Translations under genes and position numbers: made by a program | Shown here: positions 31,071 to 40,169 of the stretch, in pieces | Numbering within the stretch: the stretch's first letter is position 1 | How the letters are laid out: each line of letters starts with the position of its first letter | Source: Candidatus Nomurabacteria bacterium | GTDB lineage: Bacteria > Patescibacteriota > Minisyncoccia > Phycocordibacterales > SBAW01 | DNA length: 57,962 nt | Assembly (NCBI GenBank): GCA_943349675.1 | Contig: CALQZN010000001.1 | Span: 1-57,962, forward strand | Direction: 5' to 3' | Notes under the pieces: model-generated | What the model was told of the DNA's origin: nothing | Databases searched by the model: none | What the model saw: the letters and a program-made list of their open reading frames with translations, nothing else

Positions 31071-31577
31071 TTATTGTATATATTTTTCTATTTCAAAAAC
31101 CTCCTTACCTATAGTAAATACCAGCCCCATACCAGCAGGCATTCCCCTGCTTGGCGCAATGTAGTAAAACGATAGGTCTTTTACTGACACATTTGGCGTT
31201 GTGAGCGACACAAAAGAGAGCGCGTCACTTCGTCGCATCTCAATGGTGCCACTTGCACTATTTAAACGAATGGTCACAGGGTTAAAATCTCCCTCGTGCA
31301 CTATAAGCGCTGTCGTGGATGGATGGGCACTTGAAGGTTGAGAGATACTTTGAGCGCTTGTAAGTATCCTATCGATTTTCTGAAGCACAAAACTTCCCTC
31401 TTCTTGCGTAGAAATACGCACACCGTCAGCCTGCATGCTTTCTAATAATTGCCAAGCAGTAACTAGGGCGCTTGCCATCAATATCGACAACAAGCCCATA
31501 TACACAAGCGTCTCTACCAGAGTAAACCCACGTTGCTTGCGACAGGTATTAAAAAATTTATTATATACTGTCCACAT
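31071..31577 (-). CDS. minor pilin / pseudopilin
   Basis: The prepilin motif is RGFTLVETLVYMGLLSILM. Confidence 0.7.
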   Translation of the reverse strand: MWTVYNKFFNTCRKQRGFTLVETLVYMGLLSILMASALVTAWQLLESMQADGVRISTQEEGSFVLQKIDRILTSAQSISQPSSAHPSTTALIVHEGDFNPVTIRLNSASGTIEMRRSDALSFVSLTTPNVSVKDLSFYYIAPSRGMPAGMGLVFTIGKEVFEIEKYIQ

Positions 31578-31585
31578 GTTATAAT

Positions 31586-33064
31586 TTATTGCCCAGAAAT
31601 CACCTCTATCGAAATACTTCCTTGTCCTGTGGCATATAAAACTCCTGCCGCGTAATCAAATCCTCCAAAACTAGCTCCAGCAAGGGCATGCGTTGAGACG
31701 AGAGAGATGTCGCCACCAGAAACGCCCCAAACCTGAACTTCTTTTTTTGACTTTGGAGTTGTTATAAACATCAGGGATCCAACAACCATCAAACTACTAA
31801 CTCCTGTATCTATGTTTTGTGCAGCTATTATTGGTAATCCAACTCCAGGATTAGTACTATCGAATACATATACATCAGGGCCAGCGGGGGTAGAAGCTCT
31901 TCCAAAATACAATCGATTACCTAGCGGGTACACACTGAGCCCGTTTTGCGCTCCCGGCAAGTCATGCCGTGACACTAAAACTTCTGCAGCGGCTCCGATA
32001 TTTGTCGCATCAGTTACGTCGTATACTTTCAACTCAGCCCCTAATTGGCTCGTCGCCATGTAGGCAAAACGTTTATGCACACCTGACACCAAACGCTCTT
32101 CTATAGCAAAACCATTCACGGTTACACCCAACTCTACCCCACCACCTAACTCTACCGGGTCACTTGGATTAGATACATCAAAAATATGCATTTCTGGCCC
32201 CGCTGTATATCTAGTAAGCACGTAAAGACGGTCGTCATAGTAGTACAACTTGTGGCCACCCGGCTCCGAACCATTGGGAGCAACATTATTTAACGTACGA
32301 CTTGCTACCTGCATAGGATTGTACAGGTCCGTCACTTCTATAACTGCCATCTGGCTAGTGGTAGCATCCACGGCAACGTACGCATATTTTTTAACTTCAC
32401 CAGAGGGACCTCTCCACACAACAGCATCAACAGCAACGATGGGTGCAGGCATAGTAAAACTGTTTGCAAATGAACCAGACGTTATATTATGTTCCCCCGG
32501 AACAAGGGTTTTTGTGTCAAAAATAAAAAAATAAGGCGACTTTGTACTACCCACATATAACAAACCTTGTAACTCATCTATCGAAATAGGATAACCCTCA
32601 GACAAAGCACCTTCAGCAATTTTTTTAGGCGCCACCCAAGAATCTGTCGCCATATCGGCGCCACAGTCCGCACCTAAAGCTAGTGCCGTTTTAATATCTG
32701 TAAAAATGGTTGGCAACTCTACTGTCTGTATATGTGCATTCTTCCAACTAACTTCGCTAAATACTTGTTTTTGACAACGTGTGTAATCTACTACGGTCAA
32801 CGTTTGTAGATACGGACGCTCACCTAACCAAACTGACGAAGTAGAAGTTATGCTTGAAAAATTTTGTTTCGAAGACTTTCCACGTTCAAGAAGTATATGT
32901 GCCCGTACAAGCGCCTTGGTTGTTATTTGCGCATCAATTACCAGAGCTTCTGTCCCTAAAACTACAAGTAGAGACGCTGTAATGCTAAGCATGCACAAAG
33001 CGGAAGCAATGAGTATCTCGAGCGTACTTACACCACGGGGACTACCAAGTAATTGCGCCTTCAT
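31586..33064 (-). CDS. pilin-like N-terminus fused to an LVIVD-type beta-propeller
   Basis: The N-terminus is GVSTLEILIASALCML. Repeated hydrophobic-x-V/I-x-D strands follow (YAYVAVD...VIEVTD, RLYVLT...IFDVSNP, FAYMAT...VYDVTD, RLYFGR...VYVFDSTNP). Confidence 0.6.
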   Translation of the reverse strand: MKAQLLGSPRGVSTLEILIASALCMLSITASLLVVLGTEALVIDAQITTKALVRAHILLERGKSSKQNFSSITSTSSVWLGERPYLQTLTVVDYTRCQKQVFSEVSWKNAHIQTVELPTIFTDIKTALALGADCGADMATDSWVAPKKIAEGALSEGYPISIDELQGLLYVGSTKSPYFFIFDTKTLVPGEHNITSGSFANSFTMPAPIVAVDAVVWRGPSGEVKKYAYVAVDATTSQMAVIEVTDLYNPMQVASRTLNNVAPNGSEPGGHKLYYYDDRLYVLTRYTAGPEMHIFDVSNPSDPVELGGGVELGVTVNGFAIEERLVSGVHKRFAYMATSQLGAELKVYDVTDATNIGAAAEVLVSRHDLPGAQNGLSVYPLGNRLYFGRASTPAGPDVYVFDSTNPGVGLPIIAAQNIDTGVSSLMVVGSLMFITTPKSKKEVQVWGVSGGDISLVSTHALAGASFGGFDYAAGVLYATGQGSISIEVISGQ

Positions 33065-33521
33065 AATTTATGAAAATGTTTGCAATACGAACGTCATCTT
33101 TTATTTCTATAGTAGTTGGTACCGATGTTGCAGTAAGTTGTTCAAAAAGAACAATGGGAAATAGTGTGTCGAAGTGAGACTTTTTGGCAATAAAATTATT
33201 TGCAGTAACATACTCGTTTGTTGGGTCGTTAACCACACACGCGTTACGAAAAATAACGTACTGTGAACCTTGAAAGCACACACCGTGCGCCGAATTATGT
33301 ATATTGTTTAAAGCTCGACTACGTGCCTTTTCCAGCACACTAACCAGTATTTGTTGTTCGGCATGGAAGACGTATCTTTTGTAACTGTCCATACCTATAA
33401 AAAGAGCCGACCCCAGCAAGATAGTTGTTATCCCGATAACCACCAACAACTCTACCAAGGTAAATCCTTGTGGGGCGTTGTATCCAAATCTAGCGAGGTG
33501 TAAGTCGTGATGTAATTTCAT
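33042..33521 (-). CDS. pseudopilin (GspH/FimT-like)
   Basis: The prepilin motif is QGFTLVELLVVIGITTILL. Confidence 0.7.
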   Translation of the reverse strand: MKLHHDLHLARFGYNAPQGFTLVELLVVIGITTILLGSALFIGMDSYKRYVFHAEQQILVSVLEKARSRALNNIHNSAHGVCFQGSQYVIFRNACVVNDPTNEYVTANNFIAKKSHFDTLFPIVLFEQLTATSVPTTIEIKDDVRIANIFINYEGAITW

Positions 33522-34572
33522 ACATAGGTGTAATAACCGCAATTGCTACAAAACCAACAACCAACCCCATCATCACCATCAACACAGGCTCGACCGCAGA
33601 GGAAAGTTGTTTTGTTTGCTCGTCGACCTCACTTTCTTGCATGTCAGACACATACGCCAACGAGCTAGCAAGAGTACCTGTGCGCTCGCCTATAGCAATA
33701 ATATGTCGTGCCATGTCAGGAAAAATTTTATGATAGCGCACTAAACCTTGAGAAACTGACTCACCTCGCTGTATTGATTGAGCCAATTGCAAACACATGC
33801 GTTTATAAACAACATTTTTTGTAACGTCAGCGGTTACTAGTAACGCTTCCGACAAACGCATACCGCTGAGAAGCAGCAGCCCGAGCGTGCGGCAAAAGTT
33901 TGTTACGTTGTAACTGCAAACTAAATTTTTTACCAATGGGATACCCAACACTCCTGTTGCCACTCGCCACCTAACCTGCTGCCATTTTTGCTGCGCAAAG
34001 AAAAAAGCGGCAATAGCGGCAACACCTAGTAACAAAAGTAGAAGTCCAAAATTGGACAAAAAGTTACTGACCCATACCAATATCCGAGTCGAGAGAGGCA
34101 GAGCTATCTGGAGACTGGTAAACACTGGTAAAATTTTTGGGAAAATATACATAATGAGCAGTATGGTGACGCCCGCTGTCCCTACTGCTATACAGGCCGG
34201 ATATAAAAGTGCTCCAATAACTTTCATCTTGAGTGCTTGTTTTTTCTTCAGTTCGTCAGCTACATACGAAAGACTAACTCCTAGCGTGCCACTACTTTCC
34301 CCTACTCGAATAAGGTTGATAACAAAATCACTAAACACTCGCGTATGTTTTTGTAGACTAGTGGACAAGAACTGCCCACTAGAGACGTCTGCAATAACCT
34401 GATCAAGTATTGCCGCCTTTTCTTTTGATTTAGTTTGGGCCCGCAACACACCAAGAGATTCCACAATAGGGACCTCTGCATTTATAAGGAAAGATAATCT
34501 CTTCACAAACAACATTTGTTCCTTTATGGAAAAACGTACAAAAAAGAATTTGATTTTTTTAAAATTATTCAT
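33490..34572 (-). CDS. pilC: type II secretion system F family platform protein (PilC)
   Basis: It has a duplicated GspF-type domain and three TM segments, and lies downstream of the ATPase. Confidence 0.8.
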   Translation of the reverse strand: MNNFKKIKFFFVRFSIKEQMLFVKRLSFLINAEVPIVESLGVLRAQTKSKEKAAILDQVIADVSSGQFLSTSLQKHTRVFSDFVINLIRVGESSGTLGVSLSYVADELKKKQALKMKVIGALLYPACIAVGTAGVTILLIMYIFPKILPVFTSLQIALPLSTRILVWVSNFLSNFGLLLLLLGVAAIAAFFFAQQKWQQVRWRVATGVLGIPLVKNLVCSYNVTNFCRTLGLLLLSGMRLSEALLVTADVTKNVVYKRMCLQLAQSIQRGESVSQGLVRYHKIFPDMARHIIAIGERTGTLASSLAYVSDMQESEVDEQTKQLSSAVEPVLMVMMGLVVGFVAIAVITPMYEITSRLTPR

Positions 34573-35782
34573 GCATGGTGCGCATCAATTCATACACACT
34601 TGTAAGTCCCCGGCGTGCTTTGTTAAGGCCATCTTGAAGCATTGGCGTCATGCCTTTTTCCACGGCAACTTTTTGTATCTGTGCCGCAGAGGCTTTGGTT
34701 AAAATAGCTTCGCGAACTTGAGCGTCCACCACCAACACCTCATTTACCCCCACCCTACCCAAATATCCACTGTTGTCGCACAACTCGCAACCTTTACCTA
34801 TAAAAAAGGAGGACTCACGGAGTCCTCCTAACGATATACTTTCAGACAAACTTGCGTACTCACTTTCTGACAAAATATGTGCAATTTTACAATTGTCACA
34901 AATTTTACGCACTAACCGTTGTCCAATAGCTAAGGACACGGTTGATGCAACCAAATAAGGGTCGACGCCCATATCAAGCAACCGCGGAAGGGTGCTGGCA
35001 GAATCGTTTGTGTGTAGCGTCGACAACAACAAATGCCCGGTCAAAGCAGTGTTAATAGCAATGCCTGCCGTTTCTGGATCACGAATCTCCCCAACCATAA
35101 TAATGTTAGGGTCTTGGCGCAAAATTGACCGCAAACCTGTCGCAAACGTTAGACCTGTTTTTGGCTGTATTTGTATCTGTGTAATACCATTAACCGCATA
35201 TTCCACAGGATCTTCTATAGTCACAATTGAAACTTCTTTAGTGTTCAATAATTTAATAAGCGTATATAAAGTTGTGGTCTTCCCCGAACCTGTTGGTCCA
35301 GTTGCCAACACCATGCCGTCCGATCGACGCACGGTGCGAAATATTTTATTCTGATCTTCTTCACTAAAACCCAAACTGCCAAGAGTGTGTTGTTCGGGCA
35401 AGTCAATAAGTAACCGCAGCACCGCGTTTTCTCCATAATACGTTGGCGTAATAGATACTCGTACGTCTATGGGCACAGCGCCCTCCCCAACAATACGGAA
35501 GCGACCATCTTGGGCGGCCTGATGCTCATCGGTACGCAACCATGCCAACACCTTAATACGAGAGATTATTTCTGAATGAATATTTTTACTCAATAAAAAT
35601 TTTTCATGCAGCACCCCGTCGATGCGCACGCGCACTTTTACTGCACTATCGGTCGGGTCGATGTGTATATCTGACGCACGCAACAAGTGGGCTTGGCGCA
35701 CCAAAGCATCAACAAGGTCAATAATGGAGACATCGCCACCTCGGGAAAGAACATCTTCAACAGTTCCTTCATGTGGCTCCAT
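34565..35782 (-). CDS. pilB: type IV pilus assembly ATPase (PilB/GspE family, short form)
   Basis: The Walker A motif is GPTGSGKTTTLY and there is a Cys cluster CDNC...CELC. ATG 35782 is preferred because the track GTG start at 35815 lies inside repeat A3. Confidence 0.85.
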   Translation of the reverse strand: MEPHEGTVEDVLSRGGDVSIIDLVDALVRQAHLLRASDIHIDPTDSAVKVRVRIDGVLHEKFLLSKNIHSEIISRIKVLAWLRTDEHQAAQDGRFRIVGEGAVPIDVRVSITPTYYGENAVLRLLIDLPEQHTLGSLGFSEEDQNKIFRTVRRSDGMVLATGPTGSGKTTTLYTLIKLLNTKEVSIVTIEDPVEYAVNGITQIQIQPKTGLTFATGLRSILRQDPNIIMVGEIRDPETAGIAINTALTGHLLLSTLHTNDSASTLPRLLDMGVDPYLVASTVSLAIGQRLVRKICDNCKIAHILSESEYASLSESISLGGLRESSFFIGKGCELCDNSGYLGRVGVNEVLVVDAQVREAILTKASAAQIQKVAVEKGMTPMLQDGLNKARRGLTSVYELMRTMHE

Positions 35783-35805
35783 CAAACTTTGATTATATCG
35801 CTTTG

Positions 35806-35865
35806 AGTTATCCACACCCGAGCTTACAAAGGTCAGTCCTTTGTAAGTAAAACTGTGGATAACTT
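35806..35865. repeat. palindromic repeat family A, copy A3 (reverse orientation of A1)
   Basis: TTATCCACA lies at 35808-35816 and TGTGGATAA at 35854-35862. The inner hairpin CTTACAAAGG-tcagt-CCTTTGTAAG is perfect. Confidence 0.85.
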
Positions 35866-35866
35866 T

Positions 35867-36448
35867 TTACAAGCCGGTGGCGCCGAGGGACTCGTTGATG
35901 GCACGGATAAGAAGGTTGCGAGAGCGAGTAACCTCTGCCGTAAGTTCCATAGAAAAAAAGTCTGCCTCGATAAACGGTGCTATTTCTGGCGTATGCGGCA
36001 GGTACCCCAGGTGCGCCAGCACACGCAGCACCAGCACACACTCGATACTCTCGGCATCCGCATCAGTTTGGGCACGAGCTAGATAGTTAAGACCCTCTGC
36101 AACCGTTGTATATAAATCTCCCGTCGGCTCTTCGCCGTGTATAAGGCGCAGCAGCAACCGTGCGATACGGCCCGCCGCCCGACGGCGCACAGGCGACGTG
36201 CCGAGGTATTCTCTCGACAGATGTTCGGCGCCAACCAACTTCCACTCGTACCTTCCGCGCACCAACGAAAATTTACCGTGGGTCAGTGTCTCGAGCCCAT
36301 AGCGCAACTTTGACTGCTCGACGCGAGCACTGCGTGCCGCCGCACGTACCAGCCCCAGGTCTTTAGTTAAAATTGCGACGAGCGTATTGGCTTCCCCTGC
36401 CCCTTTTTTTGCAAGCACAAGCCCTTCTGTCGCAATAATTTTATGCAT
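35867..36448 (-). CDS. recO: DNA repair protein RecO
   Basis: The N-terminal OB region (ATEGLVLAKKGAGEANTLVAILTKDLGLV) and the overall length fit RecO. Confidence 0.7.
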   Translation of the reverse strand: MHKIIATEGLVLAKKGAGEANTLVAILTKDLGLVRAAARSARVEQSKLRYGLETLTHGKFSLVRGRYEWKLVGAEHLSREYLGTSPVRRRAAGRIARLLLRLIHGEEPTGDLYTTVAEGLNYLARAQTDADAESIECVLVLRVLAHLGYLPHTPEIAPFIEADFFSMELTAEVTRSRNLLIRAINESLGATGL

Positions 36449-39400
36449 GCGCCTCTAAACTTGCCAGACCGGTTGTTTGCATAATTTCTGCGCGGTGTTT
36501 TTTTATTACCGCTATTTCTTCTTCACTCCCCACAAAAGTATAAGTTGGACGATCGGCAATAGTGAGCCCTTGGTCTTTGCGCCACCCTTGGATGTGGCGA
36601 ACGATATCGCGCACCATACCTTCTTCTTTCAACTCTGGCGTGATTGTTGTATCCAGCGCCACCTCTTCTGTAAGATTTGAGTCTTCCACCACTTCCTTTA
36701 CATTCAACTCCTCTGCAATCAACGTGTGTAGTGACGCCTCACGTGGAAGTTGCTTTACCGTAAGCGACGCAAGCGGTTGGCGGATTTTAACTCCCGCACG
36801 CTCGCGTAACTCCAAACCTTTGGAAGCGAGGTCACGCACTTGTTGCATGCCTTCAATCAGTGAGGTGTCTACATGCCCTGCAGTAGGCCAGTCACAGAGA
36901 TGGACGCTCTGTGCCCCGCTTTCTGTCTTTGTGCGCAAATACAAGTCCTCTGCAAAAAACGGCATGACGGGCGCAACAAGGTGTGCCGTGGTGTGCAACA
37001 CAAAACGTAGCGTTGAGAGTGCTTGCACTTTGTCATCGCCCTCGACTTTAAAACGGTCACGAGACCGACGCAGATACCACGTTGAGAGGTCATCAACAAA
37101 GCTATTGAGTGGCCGTGTTGCCACATCAAGCTCGTACGACTCAAAACCTTTTGTAGTATCCCTCACCAACTCAGCAAGGCGCGACAGTATCCATCGATCG
37201 AGCGGGTGCGAGGAAGAGGCGTGGGGCACCACCTCTGGCGAGGCATACAGGTCGTAAAAACTCCGCACGTTGTCGAGCCGCATCAATAATTTTTTTGAAA
37301 CTTCTTCAACTCCGCGGGCAGAAAAGCGCAAATCCTCACCCCGAATAACTGGTGTAGAGAGAAGATACTGACGCAGCGCGTCGGCACCAAAGGTGTCGAC
37401 CAACTCCATAGGGTCGGGATAATTTTTGAGTTTTTTACTCATCTTGCGACCGTCTTGCGCCAACACCAGTCCATTGGTAACCACTGCCTTGTACGAGCTT
37501 TTACCAAACAGTGCAGTACTCAGTACGATCATGGAGTAAAACCACCCGCGAGTCTGGTCGATACCTTCGGCAATAAAATCAGCTGGATATCCTTTTGGGG
37601 AAAAACCAAACAGTCGTTTGGGGTTAAACGTATCGCGTACAAAAGGATAGTGGTTTGACGCAAAAGGCATAGAGCCCGACTCAAACCAGCAGTCAAACAC
37701 GTCAGGTACGCGCTTCCACTCGCCCCGGAGCGAGTCCCCCATAAGTACATCGTCGATGTATGGGCGATGCAGGTCAAGCTCATAGTTTTCGTTATGGGGA
37801 AACGGGACAAAAGGGAGCTCTGCTACCTGAGCATTGTCGAGCATTAAAGCCCGCGTAAAGCCTGTGGTAGGCTGCCTCCCAACAACTTGTTGCAACGCCC
37901 AAAGAGTCCCACCGTGCGAAACTATAAGTATGTTTTTACCACTATACCTGCGTTCAACCTCAAAAATAAACTCACCTACAGCACGGCAGAGGTCGGGCGT
38001 CACATGAGCAACCTCCCCCAAACGGGTGTCCACCATAACAGCAGCATCTGGAAGGCCGAGTTTTTGTGCCAACAGACGCGCTGTTTCTTTGGTGCGCAAA
38101 AAAGGCGACGTAACGATCATGTCTATTTTTTTTGATGCAAGCGTTCGCGCAGAAGCCAATACTTGAGCCTTACCTTTTTGCGTCAAGTTGTTATGCGGGT
38201 CGCCTTGTACATCTTCTACATCGTCAACATTTGACTGCGCTTCCCCGTGTCGCATCACAAAGTAGCTATTACCCGACCGACGCACCATACCGAGCAACTC
38301 TTCAACAGAGCCCACCACTTTAATTTCTTTTGTCTTGCTATGTCGCCATGCGGGGATGGGCGCACCCCAATAGCGGCTGCGTGATATCGCCCAGTCAGGA
38401 GCATTTTGCAGCAAGTTTGCAAAACGGCCCGGACCCACATGTTCGGGCACCCAGCGCACCTTAGCGTTTTCTTTAATAAGTTTGCTTTTTATTGCTGATA
38501 CTTTTACAAACCACGAATTTGCTGCCCAATTAAGGAGCGGGGTGTCGCAGCGCCAACAATGCGGGTAGGAATGGGTAATTTTTTCTTGTTTATATAAGAG
38601 CCCACGTTGCTGTAGATGCTCCGCAATTTTTACGTCGGTCTCCATGTGGCGACCCTTAGGCTTCACCGGCATATGGGCAAAGTCAGCAACAGTTGCAATA
38701 AATTTACCGTCATCCGTTACGTGATGGATAAGGGGTATCTTCTCCTTCTGCGCAAGTTCCAAATCCTCGGCGCCATACGCAGGCGAAAGATGGACAATAC
38801 CTGTACCGTCCTCCAGCGTCACATACGGCGCTGCGTACACGCGCCACGCATGCGTCTTATGTTTGTGCACCTGGTCGGCAAAATAATTAAACGGAGGGGT
38901 GTAGTACTTCCCCACCAAGTCTTTGCCTAAAATCTCTCCATATATTTTGGCGTCTGCGCCCAACACTTTTTCTGCCAATTCTTTAGCAACCACCACAAAC
39001 CCGTCATCTGTACGGACTTTAACGTACATGGCTTGGGCGCTCACTGCCGCCGCAGTGTTGCCCGGCAGAGTCCACGGCGTTGTGGTCCATATAAGCAACG
39101 AGGTTTCAGGCTCGTCGACAAGCGGCAATTTTACTGTCACGGCGATATCTTCGATATCTTGGTAGCCTTGCGCTACTTCGAAGTTTGACAGCGTAGTGCC
39201 ACAACGTGGACACAGATGCATCGCCTTAAAACCTTCGTACAAAAGTTTTTTACTGTACAACTTTTTAAAAGCCCACCACACGCTTTCGGTGTAGGAGGCA
39301 TCCATGGTTTTGTAGTCATGCTCCATGTCGGCCCAGCGACCGATACGTGGGATAATCCGACGCCACTCATCTGCATAGCGCAGCACGGCGCCCTGCGCTG

Positions 39401-39791
39401 CTGCATTAAACTTCTCTACCCCAAACTGCTCAATATCGCGTTTTGTTTTAAAGCCAAGCTCCTGCTCTATCTGATTCTCAAGTGGTAAGCCGTGGCAGTC
39501 CCACCCCCATTGACGCAAAACCCGATACCCTTGCATCGTGCGATAGCGAGGTATCGCGTCTTTAAGTGCGCTTTGTAAAATGTGGCCAAAGTGTGGAAGC
39601 CCTGTTGCAAACGGCGGCCCGTCGTAAAAAACATACTCGCCTTTGGGGGCAGGCTTTTCGAGCGATTTTTTAAAAATACCTTCCTTGTTCCAAAAATCGA
39701 GCACGGCCTCTTCGCGCTCGGCTAGCGGCCCCTTTTTTGACTTTTCAGGCTCGTGGTGCGCCTCTTCCCCTTCCTGGGCTTTTGAATCCAT
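36441..39791 (-). CDS. ileS: isoleucyl-tRNA synthetase carrying an inserted histidine-phosphatase-like domain
   Basis: The HIGH motif is PHFGHIL and the KMSKS motif is KMSKKLKN. The editing-domain motif is TTTPWTLPGN. An extra ~160 aa containing RHGE...SHGG lies between VGSVEELL and LDLHRPYID. Confidence 0.9.
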   Translation of the reverse strand: MDSKAQEGEEAHHEPEKSKKGPLAEREEAVLDFWNKEGIFKKSLEKPAPKGEYVFYDGPPFATGLPHFGHILQSALKDAIPRYRTMQGYRVLRQWGWDCHGLPLENQIEQELGFKTKRDIEQFGVEKFNAAAQGAVLRYADEWRRIIPRIGRWADMEHDYKTMDASYTESVWWAFKKLYSKKLLYEGFKAMHLCPRCGTTLSNFEVAQGYQDIEDIAVTVKLPLVDEPETSLLIWTTTPWTLPGNTAAAVSAQAMYVKVRTDDGFVVVAKELAEKVLGADAKIYGEILGKDLVGKYYTPPFNYFADQVHKHKTHAWRVYAAPYVTLEDGTGIVHLSPAYGAEDLELAQKEKIPLIHHVTDDGKFIATVADFAHMPVKPKGRHMETDVKIAEHLQQRGLLYKQEKITHSYPHCWRCDTPLLNWAANSWFVKVSAIKSKLIKENAKVRWVPEHVGPGRFANLLQNAPDWAISRSRYWGAPIPAWRHSKTKEIKVVGSVEELLGMVRRSGNSYFVMRHGEAQSNVDDVEDVQGDPHNNLTQKGKAQVLASARTLASKKIDMIVTSPFLRTKETARLLAQKLGLPDAAVMVDTRLGEVAHVTPDLCRAVGEFIFEVERRYSGKNILIVSHGGTLWALQQVVGRQPTTGFTRALMLDNAQVAELPFVPFPHNENYELDLHRPYIDDVLMGDSLRGEWKRVPDVFDCWFESGSMPFASNHYPFVRDTFNPKRLFGFSPKGYPADFIAEGIDQTRGWFYSMIVLSTALFGKSSYKAVVTNGLVLAQDGRKMSKKLKNYPDPMELVDTFGADALRQYLLSTPVIRGEDLRFSARGVEEVSKKLLMRLDNVRSFYDLYASPEVVPHASSSHPLDRWILSRLAELVRDTTKGFESYELDVATRPLNSFVDDLSTWYLRRSRDRFKVEGDDKVQALSTLRFVLHTTAHLVAPVMPFFAEDLYLRTKTESGAQSVHLCDWPTAGHVDTSLIEGMQQVRDLASKGLELRERAGVKIRQPLASLTVKQLPREASLHTLIAEELNVKEVVEDSNLTEEVALDTTITPELKEEGMVRDIVRHIQGWRKDQGLTIADRPTYTFVGSEEEIAVIKKHRAEIMQTTGLASLEAHA

Positions 39792-40123
39792 ATATAAGAG
39801 AATATAGCACCGTTAAAGGTTTTTTCCCATTAGCTTCTCTCTGAAGAGAAAAGGTGCTACTTTGTAAAAAGGTCAACCAAAAAGGCATACGCGATGCACA
39901 TCTGCTCAAGAAATCCGGGACTTACGGTCGCCGAGTGCGGTCGGTGTGGCGACGAACCCTGCGCCGCGCAATTTGCAGCAAACCAAGACCAACAAGCCAG
40001 ATCATGGTCGGAAAGCTTGGCAACCCGGGCGGAAAAGGCTGCACTTGATGCCAAGATCGTTACTAACCCTCGAGGTACTCATATCTTGTAAAATCTAGGG
40101 ACTAAACAAAAGCAGTAGCCCTA

Positions 40124-40150
40124 AAACAGATAGCATCACGCTATCTGTTT
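40124..40150. terminator. bidirectional terminator downstream of argS
   Basis: The hairpin AAACAGATAGCatcacGCTATCTGTTT is followed by ATTTTTT. Confidence 0.75.
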
Positions 40151-40169
40151 ATTTTTTAACCTTCGCCTA

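Noticed and set aside
10664-35862. The cluster of perfect DnaA boxes as the chromosomal replication origin.
   Set aside because: The boxes occur only as fixed pairs inside a dispersed repeat, spread over 30 kb. No dnaA or dnaN and no AT-rich unwinding element lie nearby.
39792-40123. T-box leader for ileS, RNase P RNA, or SRP RNA in the GC-rich spacer.
   Set aside because: No T-box 14-mer (GGUGGUACCGCG-type) or specifier-loop arrangement is present. The RNase P CR-I/CR-V-like strings (AAGUCCCGG, ACCCGGGC) are imperfect and in the wrong order. No GGAA-tetraloop/AGCA SRP domain IV motif is present.
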